Assembly (NCBI GenBank): GCA_951406725.2
Contig: OX597818.1
Location: 26,660,001-26,724,000 of the forward strand
Length of the DNA stretch: 64,000 bases
Source: Octopus vulgaris
Taxonomy: Eukaryota
Direction of reading: 5' to 3'
Under the pieces are notes generated by a model. It had not been told where the DNA came from. It did no database searches and worked only from the letters and a program-made list of their open reading frames with translations. Numbering within the stretch: position 1 is the stretch's first letter; each line of letters opens with the position of its first letter. Positions 28,401 through 41,300 of this stretch are shown here, piece after piece. The position numbers and the translations under genes were made by a program.

Positions 28401-28834
28401 AAGATCATTATTTTGAAGTAGAATATTCTCCTCACAAGGTACTCTAACCTGTCAGTCATATGTAGGAGAAACAGAATCATGTCTACATCTCCGTGCATAT
28501 TCAGGCATCTGTTTCAGTCGCTTTGCTCTGGTTTCATCTAATTCAGTTGCCTGTCTTTCTCTCTACTGTTGTGCCTTTGCTGCTAAATTTTCTTTTTCAG
28601 TCACATATTATATATAAATGAAAGCTCATTAAAAACTATCTTGTTTAGCTTGCTAGAAATAGCAGCAATCACATAGTTATTATTGTAAGGCTTATAGTGT
28701 TCCAAGTAGCCATACGAACAAAATCACTTCTACATTTAAAAAGAAGAAATTATACCAGTATATTAAAAAGTTTTCATTTTATCAAAAATATTTATTTAAC
28801 AAACTCCAGAAACTGATAATATTCTTGAAATTGT

Positions 28835-29235
28835 AAGGCGGCAAGCTGGCAGAAACATTAGCACGCCAGGCGAAATGCTTAATGGTATTTCGTCTGCCGC
28901 TATGTTGTGAGTTCAAATTACGCCGAGGTCGACTTTGCCTTTCATCCTTTCGGGGTCAATTAAATAAGTACCAGTTACGTACTGGGGTTGATATAATCGA
29001 CTTAATCCATTTGTCTGTCCTTGTTTGTCTTCTCTGTATTTAGCCCCTTGTGAGTAAAGAAATAGGTATTTCGTCTGTCTTTACCTTCTGAGTTCAAATT
29101 CTGCTGATGTCAACTTTGCTTTTCATCCTTTCAGGGTTGATAAATTAAGTACCAGTTGTGTACAGGGGTTGATCCAATCGACTGCCTCCCCCCTCCTTCC
29201 CCAAAATTTCATGCTTTGTACGTGGAGTAGAAAAG
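28835..29235 (+). mobile_element. Family B SINE, partially dimeric, with 17 bp TSD
   Basis: Head AAGGCGGCAAGCTGGCAGAA..GAGTTCAAAT; TSD AATATTCTTGAAATTGT at 28818-28834 and 29236-29252. Confidence 0.9.
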
Positions 29236-30324
29236 AATATTCTTGAAATTGTTCCTCGTATCTAAGTTATACAGTTATTTTGTCTAAATAGCATGCATTA
29301 ATTCAACACAAAATCACTTAAAAATTATAACAGTATATTAAAAAAATTTTCATTTTATCGGAAATATTCATTTAACAAACTCCAGAAACTGATACTATTC
29401 TTGAAATTTAGCTTCGTATCAAAGTTATATATAGCTGTTATTAAATTATCATTAATGAAAATAGAGGTGAGTGAGAATGAGAGACTGTTGCAAATAAAAA
29501 TGTAAAAATGTTGCCTGCAACGAATTAATAGTGTTTATTATTAAACATTAAAATCTACTCTGCAGTGAATGCAATGAATATTTAAATTTGCGAGAATAGG
29601 GAGTTTAAAAACTTCAATAAACTTCAGAAATCGAAATTATAGGCAATTTCTTAGATCATGAATTTATAAAAAATGTTTCCAGATGGTCAAGCTTTTAATA
29701 ATTGCTTTCTTTTAGTACCTTTAGTAATTGTTACATACCTAGTTAATAAGCAGCTTTGTCCATTATAGTATAGATTGTCCACTTCAGAAAAGCTTCAAAA
29801 ATACAATTGCATTTTGTCATAAAAGAAAACAGAATGTTATAACTTTGATCATGTTTTTTCAAAAATTTTAGTTCATTACAACAAATTTCTTTCTATTAAG
29901 AATTTATATAATATTCTTTATCAGCTAAATAAATGAAAGGAATGAAATCAGAAGGTTATATAGTTAATCCGGAGTACTTTGGGAGTACTTCGTCTGTTGG
30001 AAAATAGTCAAATTTAGTTCACTTGTCTTTTAAAGATATTTTTACTCATTACTATGGCAGAATTGTTCGAATTTTGCCTATTTGACCTTCAGAGATAATA
30101 TGGTTGCTTAATTGTAATACTAGCCTGTGTTTACTGCAACAAAATGGTAAATTTGCTTTTCAGGCTTAACAAGGTTTCTCAGTAATACTGGTAGTATTAT
30201 ATTCAGAGAACTGTCGTGTTAAGTCATTTATCCTTCTAAAACATGTTTCTTCAGTGTTACCTAATCTTTATGTTAGTGTATTGTCACTAGTCATTCTGGC
30301 ATCAAGTTAATTAGTGAACATTAT

Positions 30325-30325
<1 letters not shown>

Positions 30326-30369
<44 letters not shown>

Positions 30370-30383
30370 AACTACTACTACTA
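30326..30383. repeat. (TAC)n microsatellite
   Basis: Directly visible. Confidence 0.95.
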
Positions 30384-30737
30384 TTTTGGAACTATAAAAT
30401 GTTGGCTTTTTAAAAACTATTTTGTACTATTTGTATTTTTACCTTTCCTATTTTTATTGAATTGCTGTTCTTTTTAATTTCTATTTTATTTCCTACCATT
30501 CTAAAATATGAGTAGAGTGTTAAGGAAAAATGAAAGAGGGGAGAAAAGATAATATTAATTCATTTTGCAGCTCTCTGTCTCTTTCTTCTGTCCTCTCTTT
30601 ACTTCATTTACCTTTGGTTTTCTTCAATATGTTTTCCTATCTAAATCATTTCTGATTATTGCTTCTTCCTTTTATTTCTTCCTCTATTTCATATAAATTT
30701 TATCTGGGCTTGCTGCAGGTGCTTTCTGATTAATTAC

Positions 30738-30966
30738 TCATACATACATACATGCATACATACATACATACATACATACATGTGTATATATATATATACA
30801 TATATGTATATATATATGTGTATATATATACATATATATATATGTGTGTGTGTATATATATATATGTATATATATATATATCTGTATATATACGTATATA
30901 TATGTATATATACTTATATATATTTGTATATGTGTGTATATATATATGTATATATGTGTGTGTGTG

Positions 30967-30998
<32 letters not shown>

Positions 30999-31008
30999 AT
31001 ATATATGT

Positions 31009-31060
<52 letters not shown>
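30738..31060. repeat. Compound (CATA)n/(TA)n/(TG)n microsatellite
   Basis: Directly visible; source of spurious YIYI ORFs. Confidence 0.95.
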
Positions 31061-31063
<3 letters not shown>

Positions 31064-32106
31064 CAAAATAAGCAACAAGGTAATGCAGTACGATGGTTTC
31101 ATGTGACTCCATTTAATTGAACAATGCCATCATTACATCAATTAGATGTAGAGCAATCTTCAGCTACACAAAGACATAGAATTTAATTAAATTAGAACAG
31201 ATGGACACATTAGTAATATACTAGCGTCACACAAATGGCACCCATGCCAGTGGTACGTAAAAGCACCCACTACACCCACATATATGTACATACACAGAGT
31301 TTTTTTGAAACTGAAATTTTCATGCCACTTTGATCTTCAGGTGAAAATTGTTACAATTAAGTCATGTATTTATATCCTTCACTGTTTGTGTGATCTTGTG
31401 TTTGTATTTGTTCATTGGTTTACATTTCATGTTTATCGGTTGAGTGCTGTGTCTCCGGCCTTTTCATTCATTTATTTAATATATGTACATACTTATTACA
31501 TACAACCAAAAACCTATTTTGCTTATTACTACTTGTGCAGTTCGCAGTTCACAGTTCATCACTTGTTTCTCAGTTACCTTCCTAAGTATTACTGGCATTT
31601 ATTTTATGTATTTCAAAAAATGATTTTTTTTTTCTTGTGGATGAGAAAACTGTAAAATATTCAGTTTGCTTGGTGTCCTATAAATTATTCCTAAATACAT
31701 AAGATGCTTTTTTAGCATATCAGCTTTAACTATATTATAAACTCAAGTTACCCATGAGGCAGTGAAGGAGTCTCCATGTTGCTGATTAAATTACTAGAAA
31801 TGACATGCAAATCCACCTCAAATTATACTCTATCATCTTCAAAATGAAAAGGAGAAATTGAATAATATAATCCTAGATACATTATTCTTGAAAACAAGAT
31901 GGAGTAAGTGTCCATAAATGCAAAGCCTTTGATAATAGGGCTTATTTGGGGCTTAACAATTCGTGTTACCCATGTTTTTATCTATTTACTTTATAAATCC
32001 ATTAAGTTAGCTGCATTTCTCTCCACAGAGTTATATAACATATACATCATGATGTCCATAATTTTATAAACACTAAGTTTCCCACTTTCGTTTCTCCTCT
32101 TTACAG

Positions 32107-32348
32107 ATGGTGTCATCCTTGTGGAGCCAGATTACTTAAAGGATCGCAAGGTCTATGCTCATATCTTAGCTGCATTTCGCTATGGCAGAGAAGATTTGGA
32201 TGTCTTAGGACTCACATTCCGCAAAGACCTCTTCCTGTCATCTGTACAAGTGTATCCACCACCAAAAGACCAAGAACGACCTTTGACACGACTCCAAGGA
32301 AGACTCATCAAGAAGCTTGGTCCAAATGCTTACCCGTTTTATTTTGAA
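32107..32348 (+). CDS. ARRB1: Beta-arrestin exon (242 nt): [17 protein letters not shown]...[19 protein letters not shown]...[10 protein letters not shown]
   Basis: ttacag|AT acceptor, GAA|gtaagt donor; finger-loop motif. Confidence 0.97.
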
Positions 32349-32947
32349 GTAAGTATTCTATTTCAAATTGTGCCATTGTATTTCAGCTGCCACCAGATAT
32401 ATTTTTTGTAGCTTGTAAATTTCTTCATATTCACTTGATTATTTAAAAATTATTGGTGTGGGTGCTGGTGCCACATAAAAAGCATTGGTGATGGTGATTC
32501 CTGTCAAGCCATCCAACCTATGCCAGCATGGAAAATAGACATTAAATGATGATGATGAAATGACAAGTATTGAATTTTGACATCATAGTGAACACATTAA
32601 ATTAAAAACTTTTCCTTTCATATGTTTAGATTTTATAAAATCAGTTGTTGCATTGGTGCAAAATTTAGAAAAGGAAAACTTTGAGTTAGAGTAAATGAAA
32701 CATTCTTCCAGTTACTTTTTCTTAGCAGATCCATTTCTCATTCAGCTGGTTTTGTCCATCCAAAGCTAAACATATTTCTCTACATCTTCATTGTACATTA
32801 TAAGACCTAAAGTGGATGATTCTTATATTAGAAAGCATCTCAGTAGAAGCTCCATAGTTTCAGATTCTGTACCACAATGATGCACAAGGACTGTGTCCAC
32901 AATTGTTGTGTGCCATCTTGGCCCTATCAGCTTCTTTTCTCAGTTGA

Positions 32948-33398
32948 TTAACCCTTTCAACACCAACCTGCCTGAGACCACTTGTTCTATGATAACAACT
33001 TCATATTTTAAAGTAGTATAAAACTGAATTTTTTTTTTTTAATTCTTTTGTAATTTACATTCCGAACATTAGCTTGATAGTACAAATTAGTTTAAATTCT
33101 TTATTATTCTCAGTTTTAAATGAAACAATGGCTGTGTATTTCAACAAAAATATTCTTTTCTACTCAAGGCACAAGGCCTGAACTTTGGGGGGGGGGGATC
33201 GATTAGATTGACCCCAGTATGCAACTGGTACTTAATTTATTGACCCTGAAAGAATGAAAGGCAAAGTTGACATCGGCAGAATTTGAACTCAAAACGTAAA
33301 GACAGACAAAATACCACTAAGCATTTCGCCCAGCGTGCTAATATTTCTGCCAGTCCGCCACCTTAATTTCAGCAGAAATATTGTAAATAAAGAGTTAT
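32948..33398 (+). mobile_element. MITE family 1 copy interrupted by a minus-strand family B SINE (33155-33365)
   Basis: Starts TTAACCCTTT; SINE flanked by ATTTCA(A/G)CA(A/G)AAATATT at 33138-33154 and 33366-33382. Confidence 0.75.
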
Positions 33399-33892
33399 GG
33401 CAAATGGTATCTGTTCAGTTGCCATCATTTCCTCTGTTATCATGTGTGGTATGCTGTTGTTTCTCCCCTACCCCACACACCCACCAACAACAGAGGTATC
33501 AACCTCAATGGGAGTGACACATTTAAGGACACTTTTTCTTGACATCAACTGAATCTGAATGCATATTTGTTTGAACAAAGGATACTGTTCATTTATTTTG
33601 TGATGATGATACTCCATCAACACTCACTGCTAAGTCTATAATGACTGGCAAGGATATTCACACCTGTCATCTTAGGATCAGTATATACCAGAATACATGA
33701 GATGCCAGAGTTCAGAAGAAATCAATTATTGATCAAAGGCAGCCTCTGATTATAATGCCTTTTATTAACAAGTGATTTGCTTTACTGATACTTACTATCT
33801 ACTCTGAGTATTTACTCACAGTACATGCCTGATACATACATACACACATATATATACTAAGTTGTTGACATCTCTCCTGAAGGATATTGGGA

Positions 33893-34121
33893 TTTAGCTC
33901 TTTAGCATTTGAACTAACCATATCTGGCCCAAATATTCTACCTGTTTTATGTTGAAACTGGCCAGATCCATCTTCTTTCACTTACCCTACAATATCATTC
34001 TAAAACTAAACGATCACATCTTCAAAATCTTGAAACTACAAGATGCTACATGAATTAATTTTTTTAAATGTATGTAAATAAGCATTACATTTGATAAATT
34101 AATCTGAATGCTAAAGGGTTA
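33893..34121 (+). mobile_element. MITE family 2 (CTTTAGCATT...AATGCTAAAGGG ends), piggyBac-like
   Basis: Inverted termini; second homologous copy at ~39405-39623. Confidence 0.65.
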
Positions 34122-34488
34122 GGCTTCTAGGGCTACCATCCGCAGGAAGACAACTCTGTAGTTGAGCATTGATCGAATTAGAAAGAGATGACTTTTTTGT
34201 TGCTTCACAGAGCCAAGAGTAACTTATTTCAGCTGGTTATAAATGAATAATTGTAATTTCTGCCTTACACTTCTCTCATTTGGTTTAGAAAATATGTACA
34301 GCTTCTAATTTGCAAATGTTTCTAGTTCTATTAATTCTTGCTAATGTTTGTTTTTTTTAAAACAATTCAATCGAAGTGAGAAAAACAAATGTTACATTTA
34401 CTTTCCATTTTGAATTGCTTATTTATGTTGCAATGATTCAGGCTTGCTAATGTTATAATATACTTCATGGTTTTCTTTCTGTCTTCAG

Positions 34489-34548
34489 TTGCCTCCTAAT
34501 GCTCCAGCTTCTGTTACTCTGCAACCCGCACCTGGAGACACTGGAAAA
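34489..34548 (+). CDS. ARRB1: Beta-arrestin exon (60 nt): LPPNAPASVTLQPAPGDTGK
   Basis: cttcag|TTG acceptor, AAA|gtaagt donor; SVTLQP motif. Confidence 0.97.
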
Positions 34549-35763
34549 GTAAGTTCACAACATTGTTTTCATATTTTAATCTAAAGAAACTAAATTCACT
34601 CCTAGCTTGCTGCTGTAATTCTTTTTGACTAAGCAAAGAAATGGATTTAGATGTAGAACAACTTATTCTACAAACTCAATCCTATGTAAACAGAGTGGAG
34701 ATGAAGTGATTGAGCACTACCAGTGCTAGAGAGATTGTTGTGTCTTCAACAAGACAAAACTAAAGGGGCCTCTTGATCCCTTTTGTTTTGTCTTGTTTTC
34801 TCTGCTCATTCACCAACAACTTTACAGGATGTACAGGATCAGCAATAGTGAAGTTTCCTTGTGCTTCACAGAACAATGGGGTCTTCTCTGCTCAATAGTG
34901 TCTCCATTAATTCTGGATAGCATGGCTAATAGCAGGATAAAAGAGTGGGTGATTGCAGAAGCTGAACTGCAGTGAAGTGGAGAAAAATAAGAGTACAAAA
35001 TGAGGAAACAAAGTGTTTGGGGTAAGAGCATGGAAGAGGAAGGAGGAGAGAGAGAAAGAGTAACAGCAGAGTAAAATGAGAGAGACAATAGCATAGGATT
35101 AAGAGAGAAAGGTACTAATAGAAGCTATGTATTTGCTGACAAGAAAGGGTGAGTTAGTCATGGATGGTTTTAGAAATGGTTGATGATAAAAGTGTGATGG
35201 ATGTCAATTATGAGTGACCTGGGAGAAAGAGAGATTGGCAGCTAGAAGTATAGGAGGGTAATGTTCACTGGTAAAAAAAAGTGCCAGTGACAAACAATCA
35301 AGATAGTGACGATAAGTGATTGATATTAATGAAGGAATAACCTGAGGAAGAAGGATTATTGCTAACAGTGCAAGGGAGTAAATAAAAGAATGTATTAGAT
35401 GCCAGCAGATTCGATACAATTTTCATTATTCAGGCAACATGACAAGAAAGTGAGGTGAGTTGAAAGAGATATGGATAGTGGTAGGGCAAGTGGTCTAAAG
35501 TTTTCCTTCATTTCATAGGTAGCATGGTTCAGCAAGCAGGAGAAAGGGAGGTGCTAAAGAGATGAGAAGTTATTAAATAGATAAGAAAGACAGCATATGA
35601 AGATAGAAAGCAGGTTCGAAATGGGCAAATTGCCCAGATGTAAATAGATATTATGTATCCCAGTCTCCATCATTTACCCAGCATTTCATGGTACATTTTG
35701 CCATGCTTTCATAGGTGGTTAGGTCTTCTCCCATATTGCACATTGTCGGTTGACAACAGGTCT

Positions 35764-36393
35764 TGGATTTTTGTGGTTTCTTCACTGTTTACAATTTTCT
35801 TTAAAACAATTTTTTAATGTATCATAATAGATGTAATTTTTGATGCTGAATTCGAATTTGTTATTTATTCCAGAAAAATTTTTGAAAAATGTTACAGGTG
35901 TTCAAAGTTTGATAATTTTCAGAATTTTCAACCAATCAGAAAACAGCATGTTCACTGCTTCTTCTATCATCAGGGAACAGTGGGCATCAGCATATCAGAA
36001 CATTAAACTAAAATTGTTGATTATGAGTTCCATCTGTTGTGAAAATTATAGAACATGTGGTGGTTACACTCCTTGTATGCATGTGCAGCATCTTTCATTA
36101 CTATGGAAACAGAGTTATTTGCAATCAGCTATAGAACACGCGATGCTTCTTTGCTTTGGTTACTATAGAAACAGACTTCTTCACCACGATGATGTCTAAA
36201 ATACTCATTTATGATTGGCTAAAATACCCAAATTTTGCAAATTTTAAAGGTTAATAACTATTTATCTTAATTATGGATTTATAGGAAAAATTAATTTCAT
36301 TTTCATAACTAGTATACCAAACTTAATCCATATATCAAATTTGAAAACAATTGGAACAAAATTGTAAACAGTGACGAAAACCACAAAGATCCC
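35764..36393. mobile_element. Non-autonomous TIR DNA element with ~35 bp TIRs and apparent 6 bp TSD AGGTCT
   Basis: TGGATTTTTGTGGTTTCTTCACTGTTTACAATTT vs reverse complement GGGATCTTTGTGGTTTTCGTCACTGTTTACAATTT; AGGTCT at 35758-63 and 36394-99. Confidence 0.8.
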
Positions 36394-36661
36394 AGGTCTT
36401 TATTATCTCCTTTTATGAGATGCATTTCTTTATCCACCAGTCATTCTCTATACACATTGTATGTCTGTATCTGTGCAGTCTTCTATATTGTGCTTATTAT
36501 CCCTGTGCACAGACTGCTTATGAAGTCTATCTTCTATGTTAACCTGCCTGTGATCCCACTATGGATCCTTGTGCACCTATTATTTACATTAGGTACACCA
36601 TGTGAAATTTCTGCCTATTATTTCTTGCATGTTGATCAAGGCCATTTAAAGTGTTGGGCTA

Positions 36662-37531
36662 TGAGGTAGTATCAAGAGGTTACTGGACTAATGTTTAATT
36701 AAGAATAACTTATTTACCTAAGTTTTAACATCATCTCCTTTGAAATAGTCACCTTGAGCAGCAGTACACTGGTCCTAGCATTCCTGCCACTATTGGAATC
36801 CAGCCTGGAAGTCATTTTCTGTAAGCAAGTCAAGGACCTTCTGCAACCCACTCTGGATCTTGACAACTGTGTTAAAACGGTGACCTTTGAGCTGCATTTT
36901 CATCTTGGGGAAGAGATGTTAGTCCACAGGTGCTAAAATTGGTGAATAGGGTGGGTGTAGAAGGAACACCATGTTGTTTTTAGCAAGAAATTCACAAGTG
37001 AGGAGAGCTCAGTGAAGAACCCAATTCTTTGCACTCCACAAATTTGGTTGTTTTTACCAAATGTCCTCCCTCAAATGCTTCAAAATGTTGCAGTAGAACT
37101 CTCAATTGACAGTCTGGCCCTGGGCAACAAATTCCTGATGCACAATACCACATTTCTGGGGGTGACACTCATGGCAGGTCTTCCAGATTGCTCATCATCT
37201 TTCATTGATGTTCTTCCACTTTTGAAGCATCCATACCACTTGAAATATTGCTTACGACCCATTGGCTCATTACCGTAAGCTTGCCAAAGAATACTCAATG
37301 TCCCTGTAGCAGACTTCCCAAGTTTAGCACAAAATTTGTTCCTGTCCATGACAAAATCACAGACTATAGCATACATGTGCTCGCAAAAACACAAATTTCA
37401 CAACTTGCAAAGCAAACACAATGATGTCATTTGGCACACTGCCTCTTGAAGGTTACTGCTAGCTCCCACTGCACATGCAACCATGTTGGCATGCTACTGA
37501 ACTAGTCCTGGAACTGTTTGATACTACCTCA
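36662..37531 (-). mobile_element. Internally deleted mariner transposon
   Basis: TIRs TGAGGTAGTATCAA...GGACTA with TA flanks; ORF KFCAKLGKSAT...FKSGRTSMKDDEQSGRP; degenerate YSPDLAP region near 36930-36955. Confidence 0.9.
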
Positions 37532-37670
37532 TATGTGGTAAGAAGTTCACTTTATAACTATCGGGGTTCTACTTTCAAACATGTTGCATGGTACCTTCAG
37601 CAAGTGTCTATTACTATCACCAGTGTGAGTAGAGTAGAATATGATAGAGAGAAACTCTGTGAAAATCATA

Positions 37671-37725
<55 letters not shown>

Positions 37726-38321
37726 TTTTACTGCTATATATTAATGGAAGGTGTATATGAACAAGAATTCAAAAAGAAATCATGTTTTAATAAAAATGCC
37801 CCAATATGGCATTTGTTCTACCTGCTCAAACAGTCCCTTGTGACTTTCACCAATAGAAATGGGGTGAACCACTAATTGGCTCCTCATAAACATTTAAGCA
37901 ACAATGCTCTTGTTCAACAAATAAAGAATTTGACCAATACTTAGGTTTATGAAAGAAAAGTTGAAAATAGAGACCATTTCCCAATAGAACAGATTTTACT
38001 GAGAATCAAACAGAGACAATGGAGGAAATACTCTTTGTTCTGAGAACCCACCATCCACTTCTGTGTCCATGTCTAAAATAACTGCTACAACTATGATGTA
38101 AATGTTACATACATTGTTTTTACCATACTGGTATTGGCTGGTTAGATTTGCACTTCATCATCCTTGTCTGCATCACAATACTCTATATTTGTTTAATATA
38201 ATGACTAATGACTTATTGATCATCGTGTCATTAAAAAATCACAACTTTGTGTATGCATTTGTCTTGTGGACTTTGGTCTCTCCATCAGTTTTCATTTTCT
38301 AACCGTTTGTTTTATTCACAG

Positions 38322-38389
38322 CCCTGTGGAGTTGATTATGAACTAAAGACTTATGTAGCTGACCATGTGGATGAAAAACCACACAAACG
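38322..38389 (+). CDS. ARRB1: Beta-arrestin exon (68 nt): PCGVDYELKTYVADHVDEKPHK(R)
   Basis: tcacag|CCC acceptor, CG|gtaagt donor; CGVDYE motif. Confidence 0.97.
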
Positions 38390-41300
38390 GTAAGTACGAA
38401 TTTGATATGGAGTTTGTGTCTAATGAAATTCAGCTTGATGGAGCTTATTCCAATCTCATTTACATCTACTATAAATAGTGAAATAAGTCCTAGCACATTG
38501 TAACCATGATAGCATTGCAAATAAATGAAGCATTCATTATTTTTCTCAGTGCTACTCCTGCTTACAGCAGTACCTTGTTCTTACTCTGTGGCATGTATTT
38601 ACAGTTAATCTGAGTTATTGTCTTGACTGTGAACACTATGTATTACCAGTAGCAGAATATGAAGTGTTAACCGTTCACCTGCTTTTCCTGTATATTATTA
38701 ACTGTCATCAGATTAATATAACTGTTTGATGTGAACCCAGCAGTCAGCTATCTCTACCCTTTCTTTATGTCCAGTTATAAGTTTCTTATTGGAGTCTTTT
38801 ATAGAAGTTTGTTGAAAGTTACCATGGAAATCTTTAATTTACTGGCATCTTCTAAAGATGAATTAAAGTTGGTATATGGGGGAAAAAAAGAAAAGGAGAA
38901 TTGAAATGTTTCCTTACTAATCTTTAACTTGAATTTTAGTTACAAAAGTCAGACAAGTTCTCTTAACATGATAGGTTTCTTCCATATTCTAGAAAATGAT
39001 GACTTCTATGTCATCATTTTCATGCACCTTATTCCATAGTCTTAGATGTTACTAGGGTTCCATTTCTTGTTTTGTGGGGTCTTTTGTGATGACCAAACAG
39101 CATCTGGTTGTGAGCATGTTATTCTGTTTAAGCATATGAAACAGAGATAGAGACAAATCAACTTCAGTATTTGACTGGTGCATTCATTTATTTTTTATCA
39201 AACTCAGAAATAAAGGCAAAGTTGACCTCATGAGGATTTGAACTCAAAATACAAGGGACAGGGACAAAAACCACAAGCCATTTTGTCTGATGTTCTAACA
39301 ATTTTGCCAACTAGCTGTCCTCCAGATCAAACTAGTTATGAAAAAATAAAACTTAGTTTAGTACGCTTCCCATCTTTCTAACACCATTCTCATTTGTATT
39401 GGTCAGCCCTTTATAGCATTTAAACCAGCCATATAAAGCCAAAATACTGTACCTGTTTTATATTCATACCAACTAGATCCAGCCTCTCACACCTAACCTA
39501 CAATGTTAGTTTAAAAATAAACAGTCACATCATCAAAATCTCAAAGTTACATAATTAATTCAAAATAATGGGAGTAAATTAAAAATTACATTTGATAGAA
39601 TAAACTGAATGCTAAATGATTAATATTGATTTCTAACATTGGTACAAGGCCTGAAATTTTCATAGGAAGTATATTATTGATTAAATCAACCCCAGTACTT
39701 GACTGGAACTTTATTATTTGAAATTAAGAAATAAAATCAGAAAACTAAGATTAAACTAGCTGAAACTAGAGCAGCACATCTGGAACCAATTGGTGTATGA
39801 AGGTATTGGAGTGTTGCTGTTTGTAGCCTTTTCCAATTAAATTATTTGCATCTCACAAGAAAATTATTAAAATTTGCATGAAAATATGAGACAAGTTTAA
39901 ATAGCCCTCCTCTGCATTTCTTTCTCTCTCTCAGACACACACACACAAACATAATGATATATGTATACCTCACGTTCTATGTGCATAGAAATACATACAT
40001 GTGTATATCTCTCCTTCTACATGTGTGTGTGTGTGAAGTTTCTAGTTCTGAAAAGCATGTGGAAATGAAAATCAGTGTATCCAATATTACCAAAATTTAC
40101 AACAGAATGTAGCCATCAAATTTCTGCAGATTACACCCAAAATTTATCACCCAAATCCTAAACTTTCCCTGTTGGCTATAAACTGTTTGCTTATATTGCC
40201 TCATTAAATCTAATGTTCCCTAAAGACTTTCAGCTGCTTTCCTTCTCTTTATTAGAAACTTTCAGTCTACTATCATCTCTAACTATATACACATATGAAA
40301 TACACAGAAATACCCTATCATCACATTATCTTCCAATGAAAATCTGACAATGTGATCATTCAACAATTCTAAAACAAATATTTTTATTACAATAAAATTG
40401 TATCACCCCATACCTTTATCACCCGATTGGCTTGACAGATCCTCCCTTACAAAGATGTGAGAACTCAGTAACCAATCCCAGCACACTCACCTGGAGTTTG
40501 TATTCTTAACACTCTAAGCACCAGAAGCTACATACTTTCTATAAAGCCCTATTACTCAACTCCGTGGAATATTACATCTATATCTAGCATTTGGAACAAC
40601 ATTTAGATGAAAGTCATTTGCTTGCTTGGTATACTTTCTTCACTGGTGATAGAATGGCAATGTTGGTTGAGAGTTGGACAAAATGTGTTGCTGTGGTTAG
40701 TTACATCCCTTTACATTGCAAGTTCTAATTCCGCCAAAGTCAACTTCACCTTTCCTCCTTTCAGGGTTTATAAACTACCAGTTAGATATAATGTACTGTA
40801 CCATCCCCAAGAATCTTTGTCCTGATGCCTATGTTAGAAATTGATATTTTTCCTTCATTGAAAAATTTCAATTTTTAGTTCAATGTGATGGTATACCTTC
40901 TTATATATTTTTATTTTATTTCTTATATCGATCATCAATAAATTCTTGTATCTATCTTTATCAATAAATATAAATACCCTTTCTATAATTACCCTTACTG
41001 CTACAACAGAGCCTACCTCTCAGTACTTGACTGCTGCAACATTTCCACATAAACCATCTCATTACTTCTGCAGCTCTGTTTCTCATTCCTTGAATTATAT
41101 TTCTATTATACTTCTTTCCCCAAACCCTACATTGAACATTACACACAGTTTCTCTGCCTATTCTCTATAGAACTGTCTTTTCTGTCATATATTCATGCAG
41201 TATATAAACTAAATTCCATTAATCTTAGACCTTTATTTCCTTCCTGAATAGTGTCTTTTAAAATTATACCTGGGAGAAAAGTTGTATTAATAACAAAATC

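Noticed and set aside
30738-31112. YIYI/CVCV ORFs here and at 45748, 60645, 62026 and 63118
   Set aside because: Translations of dinucleotide microsatellites
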